Part shown: positions 43,800 to 58,109 of the stretch, in pieces | Layout: each line of letters opens with the position of its first letter | Position numbering within the stretch: position 1 is the stretch's first letter | From: Eledone cirrhosa | Lineage: Eukaryota | Length of the DNA: 64,000 nt | Assembly: GCA_964016885.1 (NCBI GenBank) | Contig: OZ024759.1 | Span: 13,764,001 to 13,828,000 of the forward strand | Direction: 5' to 3' | Notes under the pieces: model-generated | The model's database searches: none | What the model was told of the DNA's origin: nothing | What the model saw: only the letters and a program-made list of their open reading frames with translations | Position numbers and translations under genes: made by a program

Positions 43800-45640
43800 T
43801 AGGTATTGACATATGTTTCTGTAACAGACGGAATAGCTATGTATCGCTGCTTGCGTAATCATATAATGTTAGCAAGTATTCGATAGCAAATGTATAATCA
43901 GTTGTCACTTCTTCAGAGATTTTGGATAAACTGGATAAAATCAGAAAAATTGAAGTATTTATATTAGTAATAGAGGAAGAAACAGAGGGGATAGTATATG
44001 ACAGATGGTAAATTAATTTACTGCTAAACAAGTATATAATGGGTTTCTAATGAGAATACCATGAGTAAATCTAAATAAGAATTTTGGGAGTGCCAATTTT
44101 AATCTCTACTTGACCAACTGTGCAGTAGTATAAATTATAAAGTGTCAATTGGGGAAGAGGGAGATTTCGATTGCTACTGAATAACATCAATGCAAGTAGC
44201 CAGCTGGTATATGCATTAGGGAATTGAATCAAGTAATCAGAAATCTCATTTTATCTATAGCAGTTTGTATTAAAAGGTAAATAATAGAAGAGTTGATAGA
44301 ATTAAGACTAATAAAGAATGTTAGTATCTATTTTGACAATCAAACGGGGATAGAGACAGGCGTTCATTCCTGGTAGTATTTATAATATGAAAATGTAGAT
44401 TTTAAGCGATGGTTACAGTATAACGATCGCTCTATTCTGTTATTTAATAAAATGTTTTTGGATTTCATAATACAAAATAATTCTACATTACATAATTTAC
44501 AAAATTCCTGTCCATGGGAATAGGGGGGGGGGGGGGGAGGCAGCCGCTATTATATCCCATTTTAGGTGAAATTGTTGGTTATTTTCACGCAGCTGCCAAG
44601 CCTTGTCTGCGAGTGTTGTTACATAACGCTGGTTTTCATGTTTTATCGAGTAACGATGTCTATAAAGGCGTGATTTGAAGGAGGTGGCTGTAGATCCCAC
44701 ATAGTACCACTTCTGTCTATCCGATTCGATAGTACATTTGTATACGATGTTGCGTTCAAGACACTGATTGTTCAACGGACACATTCCTGGTTGGACACAG
44801 TTGCAATTATAATTTTGCGTTGTTGTATTGCCATGGATGGGTTGATGAGGTTGCTTATGTAGGACAGGATGTTGTTTGTTGTTTTGTGATGTTATAGCTA
44901 ATGTTTTACGTGTATTGTTATGTGTTGGAAGGCGTTTATACAACCGTCTTGCGTTAAGCTTTTTTATATGTTGTTCAATATTAGGGGCGGTTGAATATGA
45001 AAGTCGGATGGTGTTAGGGTTTAAGATTTTATTATATTTATGTGATGTTGGAAAGTGTTTTTTAACTAATCGAAAGAATTTTGAGGGTAGATTGGTTTTA
45101 ATAGAGTTGTTATAGACCGGGTTGTACCAAATATACTCCTTACATCGCCTTCTGTTTGGTGGTGTGCGACTATTATTGTGTCTATTGCGGTAGTGTATGT
45201 ATGGTGGTGATTCTGCGCTATTTCTACTCCTATGGGATTTATTTTGGGTTTTTTGGTGATCTTTGACTATATACTCTATATTATCTAGGTGACCGGCTTT
45301 CCTAAGTGCATCATCATAATATTCGGCATGTTCTTTGAAGGTTTGTTGGTTGGAAGACAGGCGGGAGATTCTAAGAGAAACATTTCTAGGGATGGATTTA
45401 ATTATAGAGAGTGGATGGTTAGAACTCGTATTTACATATTTAAGGTTCTCATTTAGTTTATGGAACGGTTTAATCGTATCTGTATTGAGATTGAAAGTAA
45501 CATCAAGGAAATTGACCTCTTTGAGGTTATATTCAAATGTAATATTTAATCCTAGTTCCTTAAAAAGCTTTCTGATATTTTCTCCGGAATATAATTTATA
45601 CTCGTTGAGCAAACCTGCACGTACGCTGTTCATCTCTAAC
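43800..45640 (-). mobile_element. Penelope-like element: RT C-terminus, thumb and GIY-YIG ORF (44497-45633) with 3' UTR
   Basis: EVNFLDVTFNL, YVNTSSNHP, CNC...CPLNNQCL..NIVYKC...YYVGST; decayed hammerhead core near 43803-43920. Confidence 0.9.
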
Positions 45641-45677
45641 GTAACGATATATTATCACTACATTATTGATAACCTGA

Positions 45678-45714
<37 letters not shown>

Positions 45715-46074
45715 TATGAGAGTATTGAAGTTTGCTTGAAGCATTGTGGAATAATAAGGTAAATTTCTTTAAGTCATTTGGAAGCCTCGACAATGCAGAT
45801 GGGTAAATCTCCGGGTAACAAGATCCGGTGGTGGAGAGAGAGATGTAAGTGGGTGTACGTTGAGATGCGTGGCGTGTATAAGACTGTAACGTGTAGAGGA
45901 ATGAAGGAATGAGCGTAAAGGATAAAAATAAAAATAAGGACACGAGAAAGAGTTACCTTGGGAGAGATTTAATTGTCCCTATATATTTTGGATTCACATC
46001 CATCAACTGGGGTTTTTTTCCGGGGGGTGGGGGGAAGGTTGCCTGTCGGAAAGGTGCGAAACGTGTCCTCCGCT

Positions 46075-46620
46075 GTTCGTTGTTTTGAATATCTGATGTA
46101 TTCATTGGACTTAGTGATGGCTTTCCATTGAATGGAGATGTCTATACTTGAGTCCTTGAGGGACCATACATGGCTCGCGAGTTTCGTGGATGAACGTCTG
46201 TCCAGGTACCTAAAGGTCAACTGGTGGTTCAGCAAGCATTCCTTAAATCGGACCTCGGCCATACCCACATAGGATTTGACCTACTGTGGTTGATTTGGTC
46301 GGTTGGAAGTGACCACAGCTTCATAAACTACAGTGGATGTGTTGCATTGCTGTTGAAGGGGACAAGCTTCGGGCTTATGGCAAGAGCACCCTGGTGGGGT
46401 GTTGCTCTTAGGGATGTTGATGATGTGCGCCTTCATGTTCTTAGTGCAGGAGTATCCTAGTTTTACTTTGTGTCGGTTAAGGATGGAGCAGTATTTATGA
46501 CCTATAGGAAAGTGTCTATCTAAAAGGGCTAGAAACTTTTTGCCTACATTGGTTTTACCGTTGAGTGAGAAAGGAATAGAGAACCAGATAGTTTGTCTAT
46601 TGTTACGCTTTCTTGTTTCA
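46075..46620 (-). mobile_element. Second Penelope-like GIY-YIG remnant
   Basis: IWFSIPFS, KVKLGYSC, CSC..CPLQQQC..VVYEA, FKECLLNHQLTF. Confidence 0.8.
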
Positions 46621-46877
46621 CTAACAAAAACAGCAATAAGAAAAGAAAGCGATGAACTAGTTTCTAGCTTATTGGCTGTCATCAGCACCGTATACCTTGT
46701 TGTCAGATGATTGAACGTTTGAAAGTATATACTTTCCTTTTGTATACCTACCATTTATCGTTTTCGGTACACTCGGCCGACTAACTCACTCGATATGCAA
46801 AGTAGGCTGCTCAGCCATTAATATGCATAAGGAAAGTATATACTTTCAAACGTTCAATCATCTGACAGGAAGGTATA

Positions 46878-46918
46878 CGGTGCTGATGACAGCTAATAAG
46901 CTAGAAACTAGTACATTG
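46878..46918 (+). ncRNA. Minimal type I hammerhead; mirror at 46650-46690(-)
   Basis: CGGTG-CTGATGA-C AGCT aata AGCT A-GAAA-CTAG-TA-CATTG; the mirror has stem I CGGTG/CATCG. Confidence 0.75.
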
Positions 46919-47446
46919 TTCCTTTGTCAGTGTTGAACAAAATGGCAATGATGGTTGCCAAACACTGTACGGCTAATAATTTTGGCTGTTTGTTTACAAA
47001 CAAACCGAGCATTATAATAAATGTTCGGTAAACCCATACATACATATATGTGTGTGCATGTATGTATGTATATACATACTACTGTACGTCTGTATACATA
47101 TATGTATGTACGTATACATACTTATATTTATATAAATATATATATATAAATACATATATATATGTATATATAATATATATATATAATATATATATATAAA
47201 TATATAATATATATATAACATATATATATATATATAATATATAATTGTTTCTACTTTTGGCACAAGGCCAGCAATTACCCAGTGCATTACTGGTACTTTA
47301 TTTTATCGACCCCGTAAGGATGAAAGGCAAAGTTAACCTCGGCGGGATTTGAACTCGGAATGGCAAGGGGCGTAACTCTATGTGTCAAAGCATGGCGTCC
47401 GACCCTCTACCGATACTGCCATTCCACCATAATATATAATGTATAC

Positions 47447-47480
<34 letters not shown>

Positions 47481-47668
47481 TATATATAATATATATATAT
47501 ATTATATATATATAATATATATATAGTAATAATAATAAATATGAAGACTAAAATCCAAAGAGGGCTCCATAAAGATAAATATATATCAAATATATAAGAA
47601 ACCTAGAGCAAATATTTATCTTTTAGTGTCAGAAGATCCTGTTAAGGGTGAGAGCATATATATATATA

Positions 47669-47700
<32 letters not shown>

Positions 47701-47748
47701 CTATAAAGAAAACGAAAAATCAGTGATGCATCTGGACTTAATTTATTG

Positions 47749-47839
47749 CGTGTTACAATTGTTTCGCCAGCAGGTAACTTGAGACATGGTCCCTGTATGG
47801 ATCTGGTTGATTCTACGGCTGCAGGTTCTTTCAGACACG
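47749..47839 (-). ncRNA. Hammerhead variant (CTGAAAGA core, long stem II); mirror at 47906-47996(+)
   Basis: Minus strand: CGTGT-CTGAAAGA-ACCTGCAG...CTGCTGGC-GAAA-CAATTG-TA-ACACG. Confidence 0.6.
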
Positions 47840-48366
47840 GGTATTTCGTTCAGAGCAAATTTTATCACTGAAATTTTTATGTGATAAAATTTGCTCCGAA
47901 ATACCCGTGTCTGTTAGAACCTGCAGCCGTAGAATCAGCCAGATCCATACAGGGACCATGTCTCGAGCTACCTGCCGGCGAAACAATTGTAACAACAACG
48001 AAGATTGGGAATACAGAAGATGATGTGGTCAAGAGGAAGGCACAAAGCCGTGGTCAAGAGGAAGGCACAAAGCCGGGGCGGCGTGCCACAGCTTGACTGT
48101 TTCTTTATACATGGCTTGTATAGCCCTCACAAGCCATTCATCAACCCCTAGTTTTATATATATATGTAATATATATATATATATAAATTAGTTCCGAAAC
48201 GCACATCACCAACCAATAAACGTAATAAAGGAGTAACCAATCGTCATTGTTATCTTATTTAACTATAATACACTCTGTATAGCTCTGCCCCTCGACACGG
48301 AAGTGAACCTAAACATTGAGTACCCACCCGGGTGAACCTAGAGTAACTACAAGTTACATTCCCTGG

Positions 48367-48429
<63 letters not shown>

Positions 48430-48644
48430 GTAACAATAATAAATTTGAAGACTAAAATCCAAAGAGGGCTCGATAAAGATAAATATATTTTCAGAAGATC
48501 CCGTTAACGGTGAAAGCAGCGATTCTTTGCTTAAACTTTAATCTGTTATTTTAATAAATATATATATAATATATATATAATATATATATATAATATATAT
48601 ATATAATACATATATAATATATATATATATAATATATATATATA

Positions 48645-48682
<38 letters not shown>

Positions 48683-48954
48683 TATAATATATATATAATA
48701 TATATAATAATAATAATTGTTTCTATGTTAGGCACAAGGGCAGCAATTATCCAGTGTATTACTGGTACTTTATATATAATAATAATAATATATATATATA
48801 TAATATATATATAAATAATATATATAATATATATCTAAATAATATATATAATATATATATATAATATATATATATAATATATATAATATATATATATATA
48901 TAATATATATATATAATATATATATATATAATATATATATATAATATATATATA

Positions 48955-49572
48955 TAGAGAAGGCTACGTTGGTACGGACACGTGATGCGCATGAAAGTCG
49001 ATAGCTGTATAACAAAGTGCAGGGCAATAAAGATAGACGGTAGCCACGGAATAGGCAGACCTAGAAAATCCTGGGACGAGCTGATAAACTCCGACCTCAC
49101 ACACTTACACCTGTCCAAGACAATGTCACTGGACCGAGACCTTTGGCGGTACTCAGTAATAGAGAAGACCCGCCTTACCTAAATACATAGTAAAACCTAC
49201 TACAGCCAGTAGGCATCTCTAACAAAATACACCCCCGTCTCACCACCCACACCCTATCCACACAACCCCCTCCTATGTAAAGTTATGTTGGTGCCACAAC
49301 ATCCAGGCCGAAACAAATGAGATAGTGTAGGTGTCACGACAAAAAACACACAGTCCACGCTGTAATGTGGCCGTGTAGGCAACACGGTAAAAACCTCCCA
49401 GTCCCACACTGTAAATGTGGTTGGTGTTAGGAAGGGCATCCAACTGTAGAAAACCTGCCAAACAGTCCTACGCGAGCAAGACAATCACTCTTGCCTCAAG
49501 TGGGAAAACTCCCGTCCAAACCCATGCAAGCGTGGAACACAGACGTTAAACGTTGATGATGATGATGATGAT
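48955..49572 (+). mobile_element. RTE LINE 3' fragment
   Basis: Same family; between TA tracts. Confidence 0.9.
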
Positions 49573-49843
49573 GATATAATATATAATATATATATAATAT
49601 ATATAATATATATATATATATATAATATATAAAATATATATATATATATAATATATATAATATATATATATATATAATATATATAATATATATATAATAT
49701 ATATATATATATAATATATATAATATATATATAATATATATATATATAATTTATATAATATATATATAATTTATATAATATATATATATATAATATATAT
49801 ATAATATATATTATATATATAATATATATATATAATATATATA

Positions 49844-49882
<39 letters not shown>

Positions 49883-49993
49883 TAATATATATAATATATA
49901 TATATATATAATATATATATATATAATATATAAATATATATATATATAATATATATAATATATATATATATAATATATATATATAATATATAA

Positions 49994-50810
49994 TCGAACA
50001 GCAATGTTGCACGAACAGCAATGTTGCATGGCAGTGAGACCTGGGTATTATGTGCAGAGGATATACGCAGACTAGAGAGGAACGGAGCTTGCATGCTCCG
50101 CTGGATGTGTAATAGTAATATACGTGAACGGCAAAGCATTAACGAACTAAGGGAAAAATTAGAAATAAGAGGGATCAGATGTTGTTTACTCGAGAGAAGG
50201 CTACGTTGGTATGGTCACGTGATGCGCATGAAAGACGACAGCTGTATAACAAAGTGCAGGGCAATAAAAATAGACGGTACCACGGAGTAGGCAGACCCAG
50301 AAAAACCTGGGACGACTTGATAAATTCCGACCTCACACACTTACACCTCTCCAAGACAATGTCACTGGACCAAGATCTTTGGCGGAACAGGGTAATAGAG
50401 AAGACCCGCCTTACCTAAATACAAAGTAAAACCTACTACAGTCAGTAGGCACCTCTAACAAAATACACCCCCGTCCCACTACCCCCACCCCATCCACACC
50501 ACCCCTTTCAATGTAAAGTTATGTTGGTACCACAACGTCCAGGCCGAAACAAATGAGGTCGTGTAGGTGTCACGGCAAAAAAAAACACACAGTCCACGCT
50601 GTAATGTGGCCGTGTAGGCAACATGGTAAAAACCTCCCAGTCCCACACTGTAAATGTGGTTGGTGTTAGGTATGGCATCCAGCCGTAGAAAACCTGCCAG
50701 ACAGTCCTATGCGAGCAAGTCAACCACTCTTGCCTCAAGTGGGAAAACTCCCGTCCAAACCCATGCAAGCGTGGGAATATGGACGTTAACCGATGATGAT
50801 AATGATGATG

Positions 50811-50811
<1 letters not shown>
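49994..50811 (+). mobile_element. RTE LINE 3' fragment
   Basis: MLHGSETW...; short 5' duplication cgaacagcaatgttgca. Confidence 0.9.
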
Positions 50812-50865
<54 letters not shown>

Positions 50866-51023
50866 ATATATATATATATATAATATATATATATATAATA
50901 TATATATATATATAATATATATATATATAATATATATATAATATATGATGATGATGATGATGATAATGATGATGATATAATATATATATATATATAATAT
51001 ATATAATATATATATAATATATA

Positions 51024-51111
51024 TAATAGGAACGAGTAGGACCCCGACGGCTGAGATCAAGCCGTTTCGACGGCTTGAGCTCAGCCGTCGGGGTCCTACT
51101 CGTTCCTATTA
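51024..51111. repeat. GC-rich near-perfect hairpin (about 42-bp stem, TTCG loop)
   Basis: ataggaacgagtaggaccccgacggctgagatcaagccgt-ttcg-acggcttgagctcagccgtcggggtcctactcgttcctat. Confidence 0.9.
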
Positions 51112-51252
51112 CCCACTCTACTACCCTAAGTATTGAGTACTTTGGTGCGTTATGGTCCACCTGGTTCCTTACCACATTTCTTCCGTTATATATATAATAT
51201 ATATATATAATATATATTATATATATATATTATATATATATATATATATAAT

Positions 51253-51284
<32 letters not shown>

Positions 51285-51297
51285 ATATATATGTAAT

Positions 51298-51344
<47 letters not shown>

Positions 51345-51354
51345 TGTATAATAT

Positions 51355-51386
<32 letters not shown>

Positions 51387-52050
51387 ATATATATATATAT
51401 AATATATATGTATAATATATATATATATAATATATATATATATATATAATATATATATATATAATATATATGTATAATATATATATATATATATAATATA
51501 TATATATAATATATATATATATATATAATATATATATATAATATATATATAATATATATGTATAATATATATATATATATATAATATATATATATATAAT
51601 ATATATGTATAATATATATATATATATATAATATATATATATATAATATATATATATATATAATATATATATATATATTATATATATATATAATATATAT
51701 ATAATATATATATATATATAATATATATATATATATATTATATATATATATATATAATATATATATATAATATATATAATATATATATATAATATATATA
51801 ATATATATATATAATATATATATATAATATATATAATATATATATATAATATATATATAATATATATATAATATATATAATATATATATAATATATATAA
51901 TATATATATAATATATATATATAATATATATATATATAATATATAATATATGTATAATATATATATAATATATATATAATATATATATAATATATAATAT
52001 ATATATAATATATAATATATATATAATATATATATAATATATATATAATA

Positions 52051-52825
52051 TCATCATCATCATCATCATCATCAACGTTTAACGTCCGTGTTCCACGCTT
52101 GCATGGGTTTGGACGGGGGTAGTCCCACTTGAGGCAAGAGTGATTGTCTTGCTCGCATAGGACTGTCTGGCAGGTTTTCTACAGTTGGATGCCCTTCCTA
52201 ACACCAACCACATTTACAGTGTGGGTCTGGGAGGTTTTTACCGTGTTGCCTACACGGCCACATTACAGCGTGGACTGTGTGTTTTTTTGTCGTGACACCT
52301 ACACGATCTCATTTGTTTCGGCCTGGATGGCGCGGCACCAACATAACTTTACATAGAACGGGGTGGTGTGGATGGGGTGCGGGTGGTGGCGGGACGGGGT
52401 GTAGTTTGTTAGAGATGCCTACTGGCAAGGCGGGTCTTCTCTGTTACTGAGTACCGCCAAAGGTCACGGTCCAGTGACATTGTCTTGGAGAGGTGTAAGT
52501 GTGTGAGGTCGGAGTTTATCAGCTCATCCCATGTTTTTCTAGGTCTGCCTATTCCGTGGCTACCGTCTATCTTTATTGCCCTGCACTTTGTAATACAGCT
52601 ATCGACTTTCATGCGCATCACGTGTCCATACCAACGCAGCCTTCTCTCGAGTAAACAACATCTGATCCCTCTTATCTCTAATTTTTTCCTTAGTTCGTTT
52701 ATGCTTTGCCGTTCACGTATATTACTGTTACACATCCAGCGGAGCATGCAAGCTTCGTTCCTCTCTAGTCTGCGTATATCCTCTGCACACAATGCCCAGG
52801 TCTCACTACCATGCAACATTGCTGA
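52051..52825 (-). mobile_element. RTE LINE 3' fragment
   Basis: Same family. Confidence 0.9.
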
Positions 52826-52826
52826 T

Positions 52827-52863
<37 letters not shown>

Positions 52864-53094
52864 TATATATAATATATATATATAATATATATATATATAT
52901 AATATATATATATATAATATATATATATATAATATATATATAATATATATATATATATAATATATATATAATATATATATATATAATATATATAATATAT
53001 TATATATATATATATTATATATATTATATATATATATTATATATATATATTATATATATATATTATATATATATTATATATATTATATATATAT

Positions 53095-53125
<31 letters not shown>

Positions 53126-53180
53126 ATATATATTATATATATATTATATATATATATATTATATATATATATTATATATA

Positions 53181-53223
<43 letters not shown>

Positions 53224-53225
53224 AT

Positions 53226-53257
<32 letters not shown>

Positions 53258-53325
53258 ATTATATATATATATATATATTATATATATATATTATATATAT
53301 ATATATATATTATATATATATATAT

Positions 53326-53393
<68 letters not shown>

Positions 53394-53588
53394 ATATATA
53401 TATTGAACGAACGAGCAACGATGGTTGCTGGACACTACGGCTTAATACAGGATATTTGTTTACAAACACACCGAGCATTATAATAAATGTTCGGTGAATC
53501 TATACGTACATATATATATGTGTGCATGTATGTATATATATATACATACTACTGTACGTCTGTATACATATATGTATGTACGTGTACA

Positions 53589-53788
53589 NNNNNNNNNNNN
53601 NNNNNNNNNNNNNNNNNNNNNNNNNNNNNNNNNNNNNNNNNNNNNNNNNNNNNNNNNNNNNNNNNNNNNNNNNNNNNNNNNNNNNNNNNNNNNNNNNNNN
53701 NNNNNNNNNNNNNNNNNNNNNNNNNNNNNNNNNNNNNNNNNNNNNNNNNNNNNNNNNNNNNNNNNNNNNNNNNNNNNNNNNNNNNNNN
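53589..53788. other. Assembly gap (200 N)
   Basis: N run. Confidence 1.
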
Positions 53789-54970
53789 AAAATTCCAGAG
53801 ATCCATGTTCTCACCAGTGGGCTCTGTCCTTCATCATCGCCACTATGTCTATGTCTCCAAGAGACCAGTGTCAGTCCTTAGGGCATCAACATATGTCATC
53901 CTTGGTCTCCCTCTTCCAGTGCATCCATGTAGAGGCTCAAAGAGGACCACTGAGTGCAGTGTCAACTCTGAATGCTGGTGAGCATCTCCAGCTAACCTCA
54001 GTCTTCTCTATATCACTTTCGAGTTGACTTTTGGGAGGTTCTGAATTCTTCATTCTCAGTGCATACTGATTAATGTTCAAAGCCATCCTTAGTATTCTCG
54101 TATAGCACCCACCCACCCTCTGTGTCCATACATATATATATATAGTGAGAGAGAGAAAGAGAGATACTCCCTTTGGTCACGAATGACCATGGAATTTGGA
54201 ACAATAAAGTTTCCCTTCCAAGGCACAATTCTGGGTAAGGTTGTTTGTGGAAGACCAGCAGTTATCCATGCATACCAGTCTCTCCTCTGCTGTGCAAAGG
54301 AAAGGCAATGGCCGATACAGCTTGGTACCAGTGACATTGTAACTCATTTCTACAGCTGATGAACTGGAACAATGTGAAATAAAATGTCACAACACATCAC
54401 CTGTCTGGGAATTGAAATCACAGCCTCACAATTAGGATTCGAACTGCCTTGCTACTAGGCCATGTGGTTTCATTTATATATGATATAAAGATAAAGAATA
54501 TATATATATATATATCATATATATATGTATATATATATATCTATATCATATAAATATATCATATATATATATCAAATGTCCGACTTCCACACCGATCTCA
54601 AGCTGTGGCACGCCGCCCCGGCTTTGTTCTTCCTCTTGACCACATCATCTTCTGTATTCCCAATCTTCGCTCCCAGATTCAGGAAGTCCTCAACCAATTA
54701 TAACGGCTTCCCGCATACATTAGTAATCTTCTCTGGCTTCTTAATATTCTCTACCAGATACTTCGTCTTAATCTCATTCATTCTCAGCCCCACACTCACC
54801 GACACAGTCTCCATCTCCTGCATCAACTCCTCTGCCTCCTTCAATGTATTTATCAGCAGAACTATGTCATTGGCAAATTCAGCATCCGATATCTTTTTCA
54901 CCTTAACTCTCCTGCTCTGAGCCAGTGTTACAGTAAAGCCAGAGTCCTGGTGTTTCTCCAGTGCAAGGCA
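53789..54970 (-). mobile_element. Fragments of LINE family B, interrupted by SINE-like and TA sequence
   Basis: DAEFANDIVLL, VGLRMNEIKTKYL; homologous to 58255-58905. Confidence 0.75.
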
Positions 54971-56399
54971 CATAGATGTGGTACAAAGATGTGGTATTTT
55001 TTGTTTTTATATGCTATTGGGTTTAGCATTGTGATGGTATTCACCTCCAGCAGTTATATGATTTGGATAGCTATTATTGTAGGCAGATAGGATGCAGGAG
55101 ACACTATTCTTGCTGAGATTCTTGGGATGGTAAGAAGGTTAAGGTATCAAATTACCAGATGGGTCAGTTGCTCCTGTTCATATATGTTAAAGAATTTATC
55201 CAAATAATCTACTTATTCCAGACTATGTGTTATTAGAGAAGGAGATTCATGTGTAAATATGTAATTATGCACTGAATTTATAGGTTTAGTGATTATGCTC
55301 ATTGTTTAAGTGGAGGTTAAGGTCTACAGAATGTAGTAACTATCTAATATCAGGAATCTTTTAGGTATTTTATGCATACAAGTATTAAATAGGTCAGAGT
55401 ATTTATTAATCACCTGGTCTTTCCTACTGATAACGTGTAGTGTTTCCATTGTGCAAATATCACAGCTGAAAAATATTCACTTAAATATGGAAATGCATTT
55501 GCAAGCATCACCAAGACAATGAGTAATGTACATTGGCTTCTATATTAGTTTGGATAGTGCTATACTTTGTCTTTTATCTATTGGGTTAAATGAGTGGCGA
55601 TGATTGTACTATCTATCCTAAAACTAGTCGATGTTGCTCCAATGTTTCATATCTAGTAGTAACTCTACATTCATAAACTATGTTACTATGAAGGCATTCA
55701 TTCTGCATAGGGCAGTTGGTTGGAATCCAGCAGTTATAGTTCACATTATTGTTGTTATCGTGTGATGTGTTTCTGTCACTCTGTCTGCTGTGGGTTACTA
55801 GGGTGCTGTCTATTTTGTATATTATTTAGTGTCCTTACTACTTTTCCATAATGTTCTGTGTTTGTTTGTTAGTGTGTGCATTTTCATTATGTTCAATTTT
55901 CAAATTTTTATCATTCATCCTGGCTATGTTTTTAGTGGTAAAGTAAGATAACTTAACAGTGTGTTTAGTAAATATTATGCTTTATCTGTGTGATTTAGGA
56001 AAACATTTATCAAGTGTATTGAAGAAAAGTCAAGCTCTGCTGGTTTGTAGTCCTGAAGAGTGGGGAGGGTTATACCATAGGACAGAATGTGAAGAACATT
56101 GGGATTGCAATCGAAAGGTTGTGAGTTCAATTCTCAGACCGGGTGATGTGTTGTTTCCTTGAGCAAGACACTTTATTTCACGTTACTCTAGTTTACTCAG
56201 CTGTAGAAATGAGATGATAAGACTGGAGTCCCTATCATTAAATCACCCAAGATACCGCCAACGAGATATATCTTGGAGGATGCCAGCTAAAGCTGCATAG
56301 GTTTGAGCTGTCAAACACACACAGAATGTGATCTGGTTCTGTTCCATTGCGGCCTGATTTCCTTGGATTCGCCATACTTTGTGAAGGGGTTCCCGCTGG

Positions 56400-57125
56400 C
56401 ATTCTGATCTTGCAGAGGAGCTTGTCAGTAGGGGCCCAAGTACACCTGAGGTCTTGACAGCGACAGGTTTGAAAAGGAAGCAGCCGAACAAACCCCAGTA
56501 TTTGTTTCTTTTACGTTCTTCTGTGAGGCAGGTCATGATGCCAGGGTTTGTGGCCGAAGCGACTAAATTGGATGCAGGGAACATGTCACAGCAGGTGGCA
56601 TCTCAAATAAGATGGAACCTATAACTCTATACCCATTTCAACCTCTATCAATCCTACCTCAAATAACCAATCTTTATTACATAGACTATAGACACCAAAT
56701 ATTTGTTCTTAACTTCACCCTTTATTACAATAGTAAAAATTTTCAGTAGAATAACATTGCGAATATGTTTTAAATATATACATAAAAAAACATTACAAAT
56801 GTGTAAAAATCATTGTAAATTGCTTGCAATTTGTTCAGAAGAACATTACAAATAAAATGTCTAAACCGTGTATAAAAGTATAATAATATAATTCATTGAA
56901 CAAAAATGATAAACGAAAGAAAAAAAGAAGCAAAAAAAGGGGGAGGGGACAATTCACCACCAAATGTGATAATCAGTCACACCTCACACCTTAGGGGTTA
57001 ACTGCCCACTTTCAGGCAAGTCAACACGCTCGCAGCATTACAATGGGTGATGGCGAGGCCCTGAAATAACCAGGCACCCTCGTGGGCATCACCTGACACC
57101 TCAGTAAGGTGAGCCGCCAGTGATG
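56400..57125 (-). mobile_element. Fragments of a restriction-like-endonuclease (CRE-like) non-LTR retrotransposon
   Basis: LI*DATCCDMFPASNL, FKPVAVKTSGVLGP, and separately WLFQGLAITHCNAASVL. Confidence 0.55.
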
Positions 57126-57368
57126 TCAAGGTTACAAATAATTTCACTGTACAGTGATAAGGTTTCAGATTACATTGTGCAGTGCTACAGTGGATTCTTT
57201 TATGAAACCTCAAATATGTACTGAAAATACAAACAAGTACAGACTTATCAAATGTTCAAATTTATATACAATTCAATGAATTTAGTAATACCTGACACAT
57301 TTGATAAGATAAATCACAATTAATATATACCTCTGGCTCATCTAACAAATTTATCTATTATATTATAT

Positions 57369-57407
<39 letters not shown>

Positions 57408-58056
57408 AAGAGTTAAACAATATTCAATGAGTATATCAAAGAATGAGTTTTACAGTAGATTGGAAGCACTCTATGGAAAATAATTTTCCAGAGTTATTAA
57501 TATTAAAATACAAATATTAATAAAATAGATGTTCTTTTTATCAATTACATTTTATTATACATATTTCGGATGTACAACAGTACGTCCTCATCAGACAAAA
57601 TGTAATGATATATGACATAGCCTGAGATGTTAAATGGTTAAGATTTAATCAAGGTAGATTAAATCTTAACCATTTAACATCTCAGGGTATGTCATCATTT
57701 CATCATTTCATTTCATTTTACGTCCGCTTTTCCCTGCTTGCAAGGGTGGGACGGGAACTGATTCTGGCTTGATTTCTACAGCTGGATGCCCTTCCTAACA
57801 CCAACCTCATTTACAGTGAGTGCTGGGTGCTTTTTTGCCATGGCACCTCCACGACCACTGTGCAGTGGAATGATATGGACCACAGTCCCTATCATCTCAT
57901 TTCTACAGCTGAGTAAACTGGAGCAATGTGAAATAAAGTGTCTTACTCAAGGAAACAACACATCACCCGGTCCAAGAATTGAACTCACAACCTTTCGATT
58001 GCAAGGCCAATGCTCTAACCACTAAGCCATGTGCCTCCACTGTCATATATCATTAT

Positions 58057-58109
58057 ATTTTGTCTGATGAGGACGTACTGTTGTACATCCGAAATATGTA
58101 TAATAAAAT
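58057..58109 (+). ncRNA. Type I hammerhead; identical mirror at 57549-57601(-)
   Basis: ATTTTGT-CTGATGA-GGACGTAC tgtt GTACATCC-GAAA-TATGTA-TA-ATAAAAT. Confidence 0.85.

Noticed and set aside
48488-48530. Hammerhead-like CAGAAGA...GAAA (also near 47630 and 20640)
   Set aside because: The core is CAGAAGA rather than CTGANGA, and stems I and III cannot be closed.
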